Origin: a virus
IMG/VR virus record: IMGVR_UViG_3300048834_000258
Location: 9,568-73,567 of that record
Length of the DNA: 64,000 bases
Reading direction: 5' to 3' (one strand)
In this document: positions 39,881-49,294 of the stretch, in pieces
Layout of the letters: every line of letters starts with the position of its first letter
How positions within the stretch are numbered: position 1 is the first letter of the stretch
Translations under genes and position numbers: made by a program
The notes under the pieces: generated by a model
The model's input: only the letters and a program-made list of their open reading frames with translations
The model's database searches: none
What the model was told of the DNA's origin: nothing

Positions 39881-40172
39881 CCTTCACCTCCTCCGGCGAA
39901 GCCGGAAATGCTACGTTCGGGTGCTTCGCATCCAGGCCCATCGAACGTAGGTTAGCACAGATTTCCTCTTCTGCCCACCCAGGCAGAGAAAAAACAGGCC
40001 AGTACGCCCCTATCTTATCTCGCGACTTAGGCGGGTGCACCGCTGCGCGAAACAACTGAAAGCCTTTGACAAGCAAAGTCTTGCCGGAAGCAAACTTGAA
40101 TGTCACATCGAAGTAGAGGCACTCCTCTCCGTTTTTCAGACGACTGTGTCTCACGTTTCCAACTGAAAGCAT
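39864..40172 (-). CDS. SpoVG-like nucleic-acid-binding protein
   Basis: VGNVR...FDVTF...LLVKGFQL...PPKSRDKIGAYWPV; RBS GAGGAGG; first gene of the leftward arm. Confidence 0.5.
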   Translation of the reverse strand: MLSVGNVRHSRLKNGEECLYFDVTFKFASGKTLLVKGFQLFRAAVHPPKSRDKIGAYWPVFSLPGWAEEEICANLRSMGLDAKHPNVAFPASPEEVKGEETV

Positions 40173-40220
40173 TTTTCCTCCTCTTTCTCGCTTCTGCGAA
40201 GCAGTTTGGCACTCCAATTG

Positions 40221-40600
40221 CTATATACTATATACTACTATAGTTATACCTATACTCCCGTAAGGGAGTATAGGATAGTACAAATATGAAAGTATACCTT
40301 ATACTGTATACTGACCGGGGCCTTCCGCTTCCGCTCGGCCCCGGAGGTAGTAGTCATACGGTTACGATTTCGCGCCTGCGGCGAGATTCGCCTCTTCTTC
40401 GCGTTAAATGGCATGTTAACTCCCGCGTTAACGGTTAAATTAACGTTCCGTTGGCTGTGCCAACCGCCGACCCCTTGCGGGATCTCTGCCGTTGCGCGGT
40501 TTCTATAGGTATAGTATAGGCACTCCACCTTCGGCACAAGGAAAAAACGCCCACGGCGCTCATTAAAATTTTTTAATGCACCGGAGGCGCACCGAAGGCA
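40221..40600. other. AT-rich strand-switch region, candidate origin/control region
   Basis: TATACT repeats, hairpin CCTATACTCCC-GTAA-GGGAGTATAGG (40249-40274), GTTAA repeats, palindrome at 40561-40578. Confidence 0.45.
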
Positions 40601-40609
40601 CGAAAGCCC

Positions 40610-40716
40610 TTGTATTTTGGCGCGTCTAGCGCCAAAATAGTTGTAGACCACCACAGCGGCAGCGGGACCGCCAAGTCCCCTGTCCTGCGGTAAACCGCCC
40701 GCTTCGCGGGTTTGCA
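40610..40716 (+). promoter_or_regulatory. Promoter + structured leader unit E5
   Basis: TTGTAT-17-CAAAAT AGTTGT AGACCACC...GGCAG-C-GGGAC CGCCAA GTCCC-CTGTC; no U-tract, leads into 40735. Confidence 0.6.
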
Positions 40717-40734
40717 AAGCAAACGGAGGTTCCA

Positions 40735-41097
40735 ATGTTTCCATTTCCAACAACTTATACATACGAAGAGACAGTCCGCAAGACTGTCACTGTCTACGAT
40801 GTCTACGGGGATAAAATCCCGGATCCGCCGAAAGGCAAGCGGTATGTAGCGTTTCGCCCGCCACTACCAAATGACAACTATCTGGCGATAGAGGGAGGCC
40901 GTTGTCTCGGCCCTCGTCTCATCATCGGCGATGTGCCGAAGCCAAAGCGTTTCCTGAAAGTGCCCATGGTAGAGGGCGACACTGTATGGTGCTTGGTCGA
41001 GCCTCAGTTGCTTGCTCGAATTTCTGTCAATCGTTTCTGGGAAGGTACCATCATCGAAGAAAGCCCCGAAGGGGCCGAAGAAGGAGGAGCGGCCTAG
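40735..41097 (+). CDS. Repeat-domain protein (1 unit), paralog of 10718..11506
   Basis: EET...YGDKIPDPPKGKRYVAFRPP...NYL...PRLII...WEGTIIEE aligns with EET...YGTPNPPIPTGFRAIAFRPP...NWL...PVLIL...WKGTYVEE. Confidence 0.8.
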   Translation: MFPFPTTYTYEETVRKTVTVYDVYGDKIPDPPKGKRYVAFRPPLPNDNYLAIEGGRCLGPRLIIGDVPKPKRFLKVPMVEGDTVWCLVEPQLLARISVNRFWEGTIIEESPEGAEEGGAA

Positions 41098-41111
41098 CCG
41101 CGTACAACACT

Positions 41112-41645
41112 ATGAAGAAGCTTAAGAACATTGTGCCGATTCCGCTGGGCGGCGAAATCGCTGAACCGGGGTGCATTTGGGAAGAATCTCCCGAGTCAGG
41201 GCTCTACAGCACACCTATTAATGGCCTTAACAGGTACATTAATAAAAGGCAAGCCGCCGACCGTCGGATCTTCGAGCCGGTGGAGGAGGAGTGGCCTCGT
41301 CTTACATCGCCCTACATGTATCTGTATAGCGCTACGAGCGCTGAGCATTCGTGGTGGACCAATGATGACATAGATCAACAGCGGTTCGCGGAAGGCAACT
41401 GCTTCCACCCAGACACCAACCTGAACCCCGCAGGGGTTCACATCGACGACGCGCTGAAGGTGTTCAAGCTCGCGCTGCGGGTGCCGAATCTTTGGGGCAC
41501 TTTGGTCGGGATGTTTCAGGACCCTCAAGGGTTTACGGCAAACCAGGACTATTTGGAAGAATTCCACATCGCTGCCGAGATCGAGGAAGCCGCGAAGCGG
41601 CTTGGAGGACGCGAAGATGAACTACATCGAACGTGCGAAGATTGA
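41112..41645 (+). CDS. Hypothetical protein
   Basis: ATG 41112; DDIDQQRFAEGNCF motif. Confidence 0.55.
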   Translation: MKKLKNIVPIPLGGEIAEPGCIWEESPESGLYSTPINGLNRYINKRQAADRRIFEPVEEEWPRLTSPYMYLYSATSAEHSWWTNDDIDQQRFAEGNCFHPDTNLNPAGVHIDDALKVFKLALRVPNLWGTLVGMFQDPQGFTANQDYLEEFHIAAEIEEAAKRLGGREDELHRTCED

Positions 41646-41911
41646 CGCGATCCTTCGGATCCTGCGCGATTTGGAAACACTCGGTGCCTACGGCACCAAC
41701 GTAGCTACACCACATCGCTATATGGAAGCTACGCTAGACGAATTGCTGCGAACTTCGTTCGCGCCGAAAGCAGCACTAAAGCATGTGACGGCATCACGGC
41801 CCGAGTACCTGCCTACAATCGAGACGGTGCGAGCTTCGCTTGCGCAAGGGGGAGCGCCTTCGGCGCTCTAAAATCTGCGAAATTTGGAGATTCGGAACGA
41901 ATCCCGAAAAC

Positions 41912-41946
41912 AGCATATATAGAGGCGGCAAAAGCCGCCTCTTTTT
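41912..41946 (+). terminator. Intrinsic terminator
   Basis: AGAGGCGGC AAAA GCCGCCTCT TTTT. Confidence 0.75.
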
Positions 41947-42099
41947 GTGTGCCTATGGGGGCCTTCGGCCCTGGAGGCTCGGCGCTACGCGCCGTGTCAA
42001 TGATCGATTAGTCAAGTATTATTTCGCAAAAATTGCTTGCTGATGGCGTGAAATCGCGATAGCCTATGACTTCCGGCGATGCCGGAAAGCGAGGAAAAC

Positions 42100-42417
42100 A
42101 TGGGAAAATTCGACAATGACATGGAGGCATACATCTACGGTCTTAGCCTAGATGGGTGCGATGAGGAATGCGGCGATAGCGTGGATGGTACCGGATGGTA
42201 CGGATTGCTAGTAGGCAATCTGGCCGAGGCTGACCGCGAAGAGTTCGCCCAACTCAGTTCAGAAGACCGAACGGAACTGGCCAGATTCGCTGGTGCAATC
42301 ATCGGCGAAGATACCCAAGGTTTCGTTAGTGTCGAATACTTCGAAACCGAAACCGAACTCCGGGAAACTTGGGCGCAAGTTTTAGTCGATGTGGGAGAAC
42401 TGGAACATGAAAACTGA
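42100..42417 (+). CDS. Highly acidic small protein
   Basis: D/E-rich; RBS GAGGAAA. Confidence 0.6.
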   Translation: MGKFDNDMEAYIYGLSLDGCDEECGDSVDGTGWYGLLVGNLAEADREEFAQLSSEDRTELARFAGAIIGEDTQGFVSVEYFETETELRETWAQVLVDVGELEHEN

Positions 42418-42916
42418 ATTGATTCGAGACGGTGAGAGTCTGGTCTCTGCCAGATTCAAGTCTAGCGGAACTGAGATACCCGTTTATGACGATGGATTCG
42501 GTCCGCTCTACATTCATCGCGATTCTATGGGAGTTAGCGGAATCGTGAGAGCGCAAACATGGGAAGACGCCTACAGTATTTGCGAAGACGAGTTTTTCCC
42601 CGAAGCAACGGAAACGTTGGAAGAAATCGTCAAGGAATACGGATTTCGGCGTGAACACAAGAAAGTGGTAGACGACTCTGGCCAGTTTGTACGCTGGGAA
42701 ACGGTAGAAACACCCGACCCTGACGCTTGGATCGAGAATGCATTGTTCTGTGAGGCGTTCGGCTTCCGTTCCAGTGGTCCGAACGTTACAGACACTCTAA
42801 ATCACGGCATCTATGCCAAGGATCTGAACGGGGATTTTTTAGACCGTCTCACGCGAAAATTGCTGGATCAACTGGGAATCGAACTGACAATCGAAACGAA
42901 TGAGGAAATCGACTAA
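42407..42916 (+). CDS. Acidic hypothetical protein
   Basis: Coupled ORF, ATG at 42407. Confidence 0.6.
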   Translation: MKTELIRDGESLVSARFKSSGTEIPVYDDGFGPLYIHRDSMGVSGIVRAQTWEDAYSICEDEFFPEATETLEEIVKEYGFRREHKKVVDDSGQFVRWETVETPDPDAWIENALFCEAFGFRSSGPNVTDTLNHGIYAKDLNGDFLDRLTRKLLDQLGIELTIETNEEID

Positions 42917-42917
42917 C

Positions 42918-43916
42918 ATGGCAAGACAGAAAACGATCTATCCAACAAACGAGATTGCTCACTTATGGGCACACCAAGCGGTACCCGTTGCGTACAATCC
43001 GCGACGGAACTTTTACTTCGAAGGGCCGACGATTTTTTCCTATGGCTCTCACTTCCCGATTGCGATGCACGTTCGGAACAAACGCGGCCAATCGGCTATT
43101 TTGCTCACGGAGAAAACCCATTCGGTTACGACCGCTGGGCATATCTCCATGGTTCGGCGTGCGATTCCGTTTCCGACATCTACTTGTTTCAACGTTTGGA
43201 ATCCTACGGATGCCCGGCCCGAAGTAATCCGGCGCGATTACGAAATCCGCATTGAACGGAAACGCGCATCCCTGGACGCGCCTAAGACACGCAAGACAAC
43301 CAAAGCACAACGATTGCTTGAACTCCGTTCGTTGATCGCAGAAGCGAACCGCGCGGCTGAGTTCTTTGGCTTTGATTCGTTCGAGCCGGTACCGCAAGCG
43401 GACATCGATGCCGCGTTAGCGGTGCAAGCAGAATATTCTGCGAAATTGGAGGAAACGCGCGAAGCGCGTAGGATTGTGCAGAACGCGCGCTGGGAAGCAC
43501 AACGCGAACGCTGGGCGCAAGAACAGACAAAACGCCGATTGGATCAAGAGCAGTTTTGCGCCATGTGGGAATCGACTCTCAAGGATTGTTGGCGCAATCG
43601 GCAACCATTCCCGGATGGCGTGGGAATGCAAGGGCACGCGCTATCGTTTGCTTACTTGCGCGTCAGCGGAAACGAAATCGAAACTACGCTAGGCGCTCGT
43701 GTTCCGGCAGAGCATGTACGGCGTGCTTTGCCCTTCGTCCTTCGCCTGTTGGCCAGCGGCCAGCAATGGCAACGGAACGGCCATACAATCCATCTAGGAC
43801 ATTATAGCCTAGATCGGATTGACGCTGATGGGACTGTCCATGCTGGATGCCATCGTATCCCGCGCGCCGAAGTGGAGTACATCGCAGCTACGCTGGGAGT
43901 ACCTCATGCAGCATAA
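42918..43916 (+). CDS. Conserved hypothetical phage protein
   Basis: IFSYGSHFPIA...SVTT..H, coiled coil, IETTLGARVP...GHY...AGCHRI. Confidence 0.7.
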   Translation: MARQKTIYPTNEIAHLWAHQAVPVAYNPRRNFYFEGPTIFSYGSHFPIAMHVRNKRGQSAILLTEKTHSVTTAGHISMVRRAIPFPTSTCFNVWNPTDARPEVIRRDYEIRIERKRASLDAPKTRKTTKAQRLLELRSLIAEANRAAEFFGFDSFEPVPQADIDAALAVQAEYSAKLEETREARRIVQNARWEAQRERWAQEQTKRRLDQEQFCAMWESTLKDCWRNRQPFPDGVGMQGHALSFAYLRVSGNEIETTLGARVPAEHVRRALPFVLRLLASGQQWQRNGHTIHLGHYSLDRIDADGTVHAGCHRIPRAEVEYIAATLGVPHAA

Positions 43917-44014
43917 CGGGCTTTGGCTCACTCTCGAATTGCTGGCAGCACTTACACTGCCGGTATACGCAATTTATAGGCTAGTCAACGGCTAGCCAAC
44001 CAACTAACCGACAC

Positions 44015-44044
44015 AAAAAAGCCGCTCCAATCGGAGCGGCTTTT
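44015..44044. terminator. Bidirectional terminator
   Basis: AAAAAAGCCGCTCC AATC GGAGCGGCTTTT between convergent operons. Confidence 0.8.
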
Positions 44045-44065
44045 GCTTTGGGTGGTGAGCGTAGC

Positions 44066-44916
44066 TTAAAGCGATTCGACATAGACGCGCATTGCTCGCC
44101 TTGTCCGATAGGACGCTATCGCGTCGCAAAGACGCTGTATCGCGTTTCGGTGCGGTTCGGGAAGCGAAGCTTCCGGCGTCCGCTCCAGACGGTCCAGGAG
44201 GGCTAAGGCTCTCCGATAGTGATCTACCCTAGCTGTATCGGCCAGTAGATCGTCGCATCTATCGATGCGGCGCGATTCAGCCAAGTAGGCCAGTAGCACG
44301 TATTCGCGTGTTCGCTCCAAGGTTGTCATTGCGTATACTCCGTTTCGAAGGTTTGGGTTTTGTCATTGTGCCACCAATAGACCCTGCGGCCATGGTAGAG
44401 ACCTGTTCCTGACGTTCCATTCGTGGTGGATGCCAGTATTCGCAACTTAGGGATTTTCGCGTAGTCCGTTAACCAGCATCCATTTTCGTTCAGGCCGTGG
44501 TGCTGTTTGAGTAGACGTGCCAAGGTTTCGAGCATCTTAGTTTTCCTCCGATTCGATTCTGATTTCACGCTGCAATCGCCGCGCGACGCGGTTTAGGATG
44601 CGCCAGCTAACGCTGGAGCAACCTGGAGTTGATTGGAGATCGGTTACGATCTCCAAAGCATCGCAGAGATCGGTTAGGCGTTTGATAGAGCGCGCTAACG
44701 CGCGGATTGATTGGGTTGCCATGGTTTGATTCTCCCTTGAGTGGGGGGCGCTTAGCGTCCTGCGTAGTCCCAATAGACGGCATCATAATTGCTTTGTGCT
44801 AGGCGCAAAGCAAACCACGCACGAGCGCGGTCAAGTCCGTCTGTATTGAGAGTCAGTGACTCATAAGTCACGCGTGCATTGCACAGTGTTTGGTAAAGCG
44901 TGTGTAAGGTTTCCAT
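44066..44916 (-). CDS. Operon of four small early-type genes (44752..44916, 44537..44722, 44326..44535, 44066..44329)
   Basis: Coupled small ORFs driven by TTGCTT-17-GATACT with a leaderless first ATG at 44916. Confidence 0.55.
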
Positions 44917-45309
44917 GAGTCCAGTATCCCGCCGTGTGCTAGCACACGCAAGCAAACAAAGGGCGAAGGATCGATAGATTATTTTTATGGGAGCTTCGCT
45001 CCGCAAATACTTGAGTGGAAGAGACTCAAGTATTGGATATGTGAGTGTGAGACACTCAGATGCTAAGAATTTAGCACACCGCACGTCCCTTGCCAAACTA
45101 CAAGTGTAGTAAATCGGATTTATAGGTCCATTAACGAAATTAATGGCCTTTCGGGCCTGTCAGCTAGTACCATGAGGCTAGAATCCTCGCTACAGTACCG
45201 TGCCGCTAAGCTCCATTATGTAACCTTTCGTCTTTTTCGCTGTAAGCCCTTACACTATACAACTGGCCTATATTCAGACATGCGTGTCCGAATTAATTAT
45301 GTTTAATGT

Positions 45310-45460
45310 GGGGAGGGGTCGGGGGAGGGGGCACTGCGTGCCTGGGGTCGTAAACCGTTGATTTTAAAGGGAAAGAAGGTTCCTTGCCGGGGTATGGGGT
45401 GGGGTCCCTTTTTTGTGGGGAGGGGTTGGGGCGGGGTTTGGGGTGGGGGCGCAGCCCCCA
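45310..45460 (+). repeat. G-run tract (G-quadruplex-prone) with IHF-like site
   Basis: More than a dozen G4-G5 runs; TAAACCGTTGATT at 45351-45363 fits WATCAANNNNTTR on the minus strand. Confidence 0.7.
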
Positions 45461-45651
45461 CTGTCTCCGGCCCAAACCAAGAAGGTTCCTAACTTTTTGA
45501 TTCCCTTGGCGGGGAATTCGTTGCATCTATCTTAGCGAATATTTCTGAGAATTTCCTATCAATAACAAAACTAATCTTCGCCCTTTGTTCCCCTTGGGGG
45601 AACGCGCTTCCGGGGGCCGGAAGGGACCTTTAGCCCCTTCCACTAACCCCT

Positions 45652-46002
45652 TTATTTGTAATCACTTAGCACCTTAGCCACTTTCTTCGACAGCCGGTCC
45701 ACATCCTCTTCAATTTCAAGCAGTTGCGCCCGCAAAGAATCTCCTAAGTCGGATCTCTGCGGCCTCGCGGCCAACAACGTCGGCAAGTAGCTCTCCGCTA
45801 CCGCATAGTCCCAAGCCTGCAAAAGCCACTCCACTCCCATCTCGTTCGTCTCAATCAGTCGCGCGGCTTCCCACTTGGAGCGATTGTCACGAATCCACAA
45901 AAAGAACATCTCCCTGGCGCTACTCGCCGAATCCGCCATGGACAAAACGTGCGTCTTCCACTTCCGCGCCCCGTTCTCCAAATACTCAATCGTGTACGTC
46001 AT
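45652..46002 (-). CDS. Hypothetical protein
   Basis: ATGA coupling; RBS AAGGAGGG. Confidence 0.55.
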   Translation of the reverse strand: MTYTIEYLENGARKWKTHVLSMADSASSAREMFFLWIRDNRSKWEAARLIETNEMGVEWLLQAWDYAVAESYLPTLLAARPQRSDLGDSLRAQLLEIEEDVDRLSKKVAKVLSDYK

Positions 46003-46310
46003 TTGCCCTCCTTCGGGGCTTTCGCTCCGGCGCTTAAAACACTTTGCCGCTCCTTCTGCAACTGCTCCGACCACCAATCAAGTACGAGCCGCTTCGCGTT
46101 TGTCTCCCCTCGCGCCCCCAAATACTCGCGTATCTGTATAACCGCGTCGTTCCGCCCTATGCGGCGCTGCGCTGCCGCGCTCTGCGCATATACCGTGTAC
46201 CACTCAGTCTCCGACCGAGCGGTCTGAGACACTCCCAGGTTATAACCACTGACAGCACAAGTCGCCGCCAGAAAAGTCAACCACGCTAAATGCAACAACG
46301 CTTTCTTCAT
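45999..46310 (-). CDS. N-terminal TM protein
   Basis: MKKALLHLAWLTFLAATCAVSGY; RBS AGGAGGG. Confidence 0.55.
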   Translation of the reverse strand: MKKALLHLAWLTFLAATCAVSGYNLGVSQTARSETEWYTVYAQSAAAQRRIGRNDAVIQIREYLGARGETNAKRLVLDWWSEQLQKERQSVLSAGAKAPKEGK

Positions 46311-46897
46311 TTGCCCTCCTGCGCCTGCGCCTCCGGCGCTCCGAAACAATCAGACATGGCCAGTGCCCAAAATTTGGTGGCCTTTTCCGGGAACCGGCAG
46401 GCTGCCGTAATTTGCTCTACTCCGTACCAAATCACGGAATCCGATACCTCCGGTTCCCATTGTGTCCAACACTCGGCCAACTTACCCAGAAACATCTTCG
46501 CCTCCAGGTACGTCGCCACGTTGTCCATCTCCTTAACAATCGGCAAATCGCACGCCACCCCAAACTTCCCACAAATCACACGCCTTGCGCGATCCTCCGC
46601 CTGCCGATATGCAAGCATGTCCGGCCTGTGCTTAATCGGCTTCGGCATATCCTTCAGATAGGCTTCGCCCGCGTCATGGAGCAGCGCACACTTCCAAAGC
46701 TCTCTATCGTCCGTCGCGCTGCGCACCAACTCGTAAACCACCAGCGTATGCTGCGCGACCGTCCACCCACCCGCGTTCCCGCCGAAGCGCACCTCATGTG
46801 CCAAGTTATGGACGATATCGCTCAACTCGATGTCCTCCGCGCGTAGCGCAAACGGATCAACGACTTTACCACTTCCCATTTGAATGCGGTAGCTCAT
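46307..46897 (-). CDS. HD-domain phosphohydrolase (YfbR/5'-deoxynucleotidase-like)
   Basis: DIVHNLA...RFGG...TVAQH...ALLHDAGEAYLKDMPKPIK. Confidence 0.85.
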   Translation of the reverse strand: MSYRIQMGSGKVVDPFALRAEDIELSDIVHNLAHEVRFGGNAGGWTVAQHTLVVYELVRSATDDRELWKCALLHDAGEAYLKDMPKPIKHRPDMLAYRQAEDRARRVICGKFGVACDLPIVKEMDNVATYLEAKMFLGKLAECWTQWEPEVSDSVIWYGVEQITAACRFPEKATKFWALAMSDCFGAPEAQAQEGK

Positions 46898-47178
46898 CAG
46901 AAGCACTCCTCGGCGAACTGCTTTGCCTTCTCACGGTCCTCAAAATAGTAGGTCACGTCCGGTTCGCGCTGCGCCGTCCCAAAGAACTTCACCTCATACG
47001 CCTGCACATCTGCGCACAGCGCCGCCATTCCCAACCGCGCCACCACTTCCGCCGACTCGTCGCACACCAGCCACGCCGTATGCTCCTTGTCGATCCAATG
47101 CGTCTTTCGCGCTGCCCGCGCTTGGCGCACCAAGTCCTTAGCCATTAACGCCGTCTGAAAACTCAACATATCTGGCAT
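46897..47178 (-). CDS. Hypothetical protein
   Basis: RBS AAGGAGG; TGATG coupling. Confidence 0.6.
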   Translation of the reverse strand: MPDMLSFQTALMAKDLVRQARAARKTHWIDKEHTAWLVCDESAEVVARLGMAALCADVQAYEVKFFGTAQREPDVTYYFEDREKAKQFAEECF

Positions 47179-47297
47179 AAATCCTCCTTCGGAGCCTTTG
47201 GCTCCACTCCCATCTTACCCCTTTCTTGCAAGAAAAACTACTACTTTTTTTTCTTGCAGGCGCAAAGCGCCCGTGCTATCCTAAGTGCGGAGGTCCA

Positions 47298-47564
47298 ATG
47301 GCTCGCAAACCAATCGAACGCCCGCGCACAACACTTGTGCCCCTACCGTGCCGCTGGTATGCCCCCGGCAAATTCGCACACAACCCCAACTGGGAGTTGC
47401 ACACCCTTTGCGAAGGCTACTTCCTGGCCGAAATTGCCCAGGACGGACCCAACTACTTCGTCTTTGTTCCCGGCGCGAAAGTCCCCGAACTGCCCTTCCC
47501 GACGGCCCACGCCGCCAAAGAATGGGCCGAGACCTACCTCGCCGACCCCAACAACTTCAAATAG
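47298..47564 (+). CDS. Hypothetical protein
   Basis: Promoter TTGCAG-17-TATCCT; RBS GGAGG. Confidence 0.6.
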   Translation: MARKPIERPRTTLVPLPCRWYAPGKFAHNPNWELHTLCEGYFLAEIAQDGPNYFVFVPGAKVPELPFPTAHAAKEWAETYLADPNNFK

Positions 47565-47591
47565 CGCCTAGCGCAAGAAAGGAACCGCCCC

Positions 47592-47972
47592 ATGCCCGCA
47601 CGCACCAAAAAGACTCCCATCGTACTTGTGTACGATCCCACCGACGAAGGACGCTTTGCTTTCTATGACGAGGGCACTCTCGCTTTCGAAGGCTCTGACG
47701 AAAACAACCACTACTTCGACTTCCTCGCCTTCTGTCAAAAGTTCAACATCCCTTACGAAGAACGCGAGATGCTCGAAGGTCTTGAAGGCGAGGAATTTCC
47801 CCGCAAACTCGAAGATCTGAAGCCGAAGGTTTCCGTTCACGTCGAAATCGATACGTGGGATGAAGCCGAATACCTGAACATCGCGACCGACGATACCGGC
47901 CTCGGTTGGGTCTCCAAAGCCGACGCCATCGAGATCCGCGACCGTCTCGTGGAGGCCCTCGGCAAATGCTAG
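47592..47972 (+). CDS. Acidic hypothetical protein
   Basis: RBS AAGGA. Confidence 0.6.
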   Translation: MPARTKKTPIVLVYDPTDEGRFAFYDEGTLAFEGSDENNHYFDFLAFCQKFNIPYEEREMLEGLEGEEFPRKLEDLKPKVSVHVEIDTWDEAEYLNIATDDTGLGWVSKADAIEIRDRLVEALGKC

Positions 47973-48313
47973 CCACCCGAACCGAACTACCGAACGAGCC
48001 GCGCCGCTGGCGGCTCGTCTCCTCGGCCCGCGCCGAACCGGGACGCGACTTCGCCATCTACATTGACAACTACCTTTACTGCATCGGAGATGCGGGTCTC
48101 GAAGCGATTCTTCTTGAGACGAAGACTCCCTTCATCCCCGAAATGACAGAACGGGAGAAGTTCCCCGAGTTCTTCGAAGATCTCATCCACACAACCGACA
48201 TCGACATCGACTGCCTCGCGACCGACGAAGCGGCTTTTCTGCGCCTCGATGGACGCTATTACACACGCCGCCAAGCGGAGCACATCTACAACGCGCTAAA
48301 AGCGCACTTCTAA
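47966..48313 (+). CDS. Hypothetical protein
   Basis: Overlapping start; RBS GGAGG; similar acidic composition to the upstream gene. Confidence 0.55.
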   Translation: MLATRTELPNEPRRWRLVSSARAEPGRDFAIYIDNYLYCIGDAGLEAILLETKTPFIPEMTEREKFPEFFEDLIHTTDIDIDCLATDEAAFLRLDGRYYTRRQAEHIYNALKAHF

Positions 48314-48392
48314 ACGCACAAAAGGCGGAACCAAAGCCGCTCGGCCTCGGATTCCGCCCTTCGTGTGGTGGGTCTACAACCAGTTTAACATA
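48312..48392 (-). ncRNA. Promoter + short RNA unit E6
   Basis: TATGTTAAACT GGTTGT AGACCCACC CACGAAGGGCGGAAT-C-CGAGGCCG AG CGGCTTTG-GTTCCGCCTTTTGTG CGTTT. Confidence 0.6.
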
Positions 48393-48439
48393 AAAGGGGA
48401 GCCGGGTGGCTCCCCTTTTAGTTAGTTAGCGCCGAAGGC

Positions 48440-48946
48440 TTACAGGCCCGCGAAGTCGCCGTAGGCGCGGCTGTCAGCGCCCGCCTGGGGAGCGCACCAC
48501 AGGACGACGAAGGCACCAGCGCCCTCGGTTTCCGGCGTGGTCCGCGTCACGTCGAAGTCCGCAGTCAACACGGAACCCGCCGCAATCGTGGTTTTGGTCG
48601 CGTCCAGGACGGGCGGGGTAACGCCGGTGCTGGCAGCATTCGCGTAGACAAAGCCCGCGCCCGCAGCCTTGGTGATGGTGCAGGTGGTGGTAAGAATGGA
48701 AGTGCCGGAAGTCGCGGCGTCAGCCCGCTTGTCCACGTCGATAACGACCTGCCAAGCATCGGTGCCGTCAACACCGTTGGTTACGATGCCCGCATTGATG
48801 CCGACAACTTCCACATCAAAGGGGAAGATGCCGCCAGGGACGCCGAGCACGTCAGCGGACAAAGTGCCCGACTGCATAATCACGGGAAAGAGCAGCGCCG
48901 TTCCGGGCGCAGCCGCGTTAGAGAGAAGCAAAACACCATTAGCCAT
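48440..48946 (-). CDS. Virion-type beta protein (capsid decoration-like)
   Basis: Ala/Gly/Thr-rich with TIAAGSVLTADFD; own promoter, RBS AGGAGG and terminator at 48392-48420. Confidence 0.5.
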   Translation of the reverse strand: MANGVLLLSNAAAPGTALLFPVIMQSGTLSADVLGVPGGIFPFDVEVVGINAGIVTNGVDGTDAWQVVIDVDKRADAATSGTSILTTTCTITKAAGAGFVYANAASTGVTPPVLDATKTTIAAGSVLTADFDVTRTTPETEGAGAFVVLWCAPQAGADSRAYGDFAGL

Positions 48947-49042
48947 AGTTTGGCCTCCTAGCTAGAAGTATAAGGATGCGCAATCCTACTATTATTCTAC
49001 CATGTGCTTCGCACGCCATTAACTTTCCATAGTGGAAGGGTA

Positions 49043-49280
49043 TTGACAGCGGGCCAGAGGCCCGCTATACTGAGATTGTCGCTCGGCGCAACCTCCCCGG
49101 TTGTCGTTAGTGGCAGGCCCGAGCTGGGCGGGGCGCGACGAAACCCGGCAAAGATTCGCCAACAGCCTCGGCTTAACGCTTGCAAGGTTGGCGAAGTCGC
49201 AGGTCTGGCGAATGTCACCGTAGGGTGGCCAGTAACCAGCGCATGTGGCCCCGAGTGTGGCGACGAATCGGGGCAATTTT
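49043..49280 (+). ncRNA. Consensus promoter followed by a ~200-nt structured RNA/leader
   Basis: TTGACA-17-TATACT (49043-49071), then at least five stems before the RBS of 49295. Confidence 0.5.
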
Positions 49281-49294
49281 CGAGGAGGTAAATC

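Noticed and set aside
40250-40762. 170-aa ORF across the strand switch
   Set aside because: It runs through promoters, hairpins and AT repeats and has no protein-like features
45293-45526. Pro-rich 77-aa ORF
   Set aside because: By-product of the G-run tract
20621-46897. Z-base (diaminopurine) genome system
   Set aside because: HD and dNTPase-like genes are present, but no PurZ/adenylosuccinate-synthetase homolog is in the window
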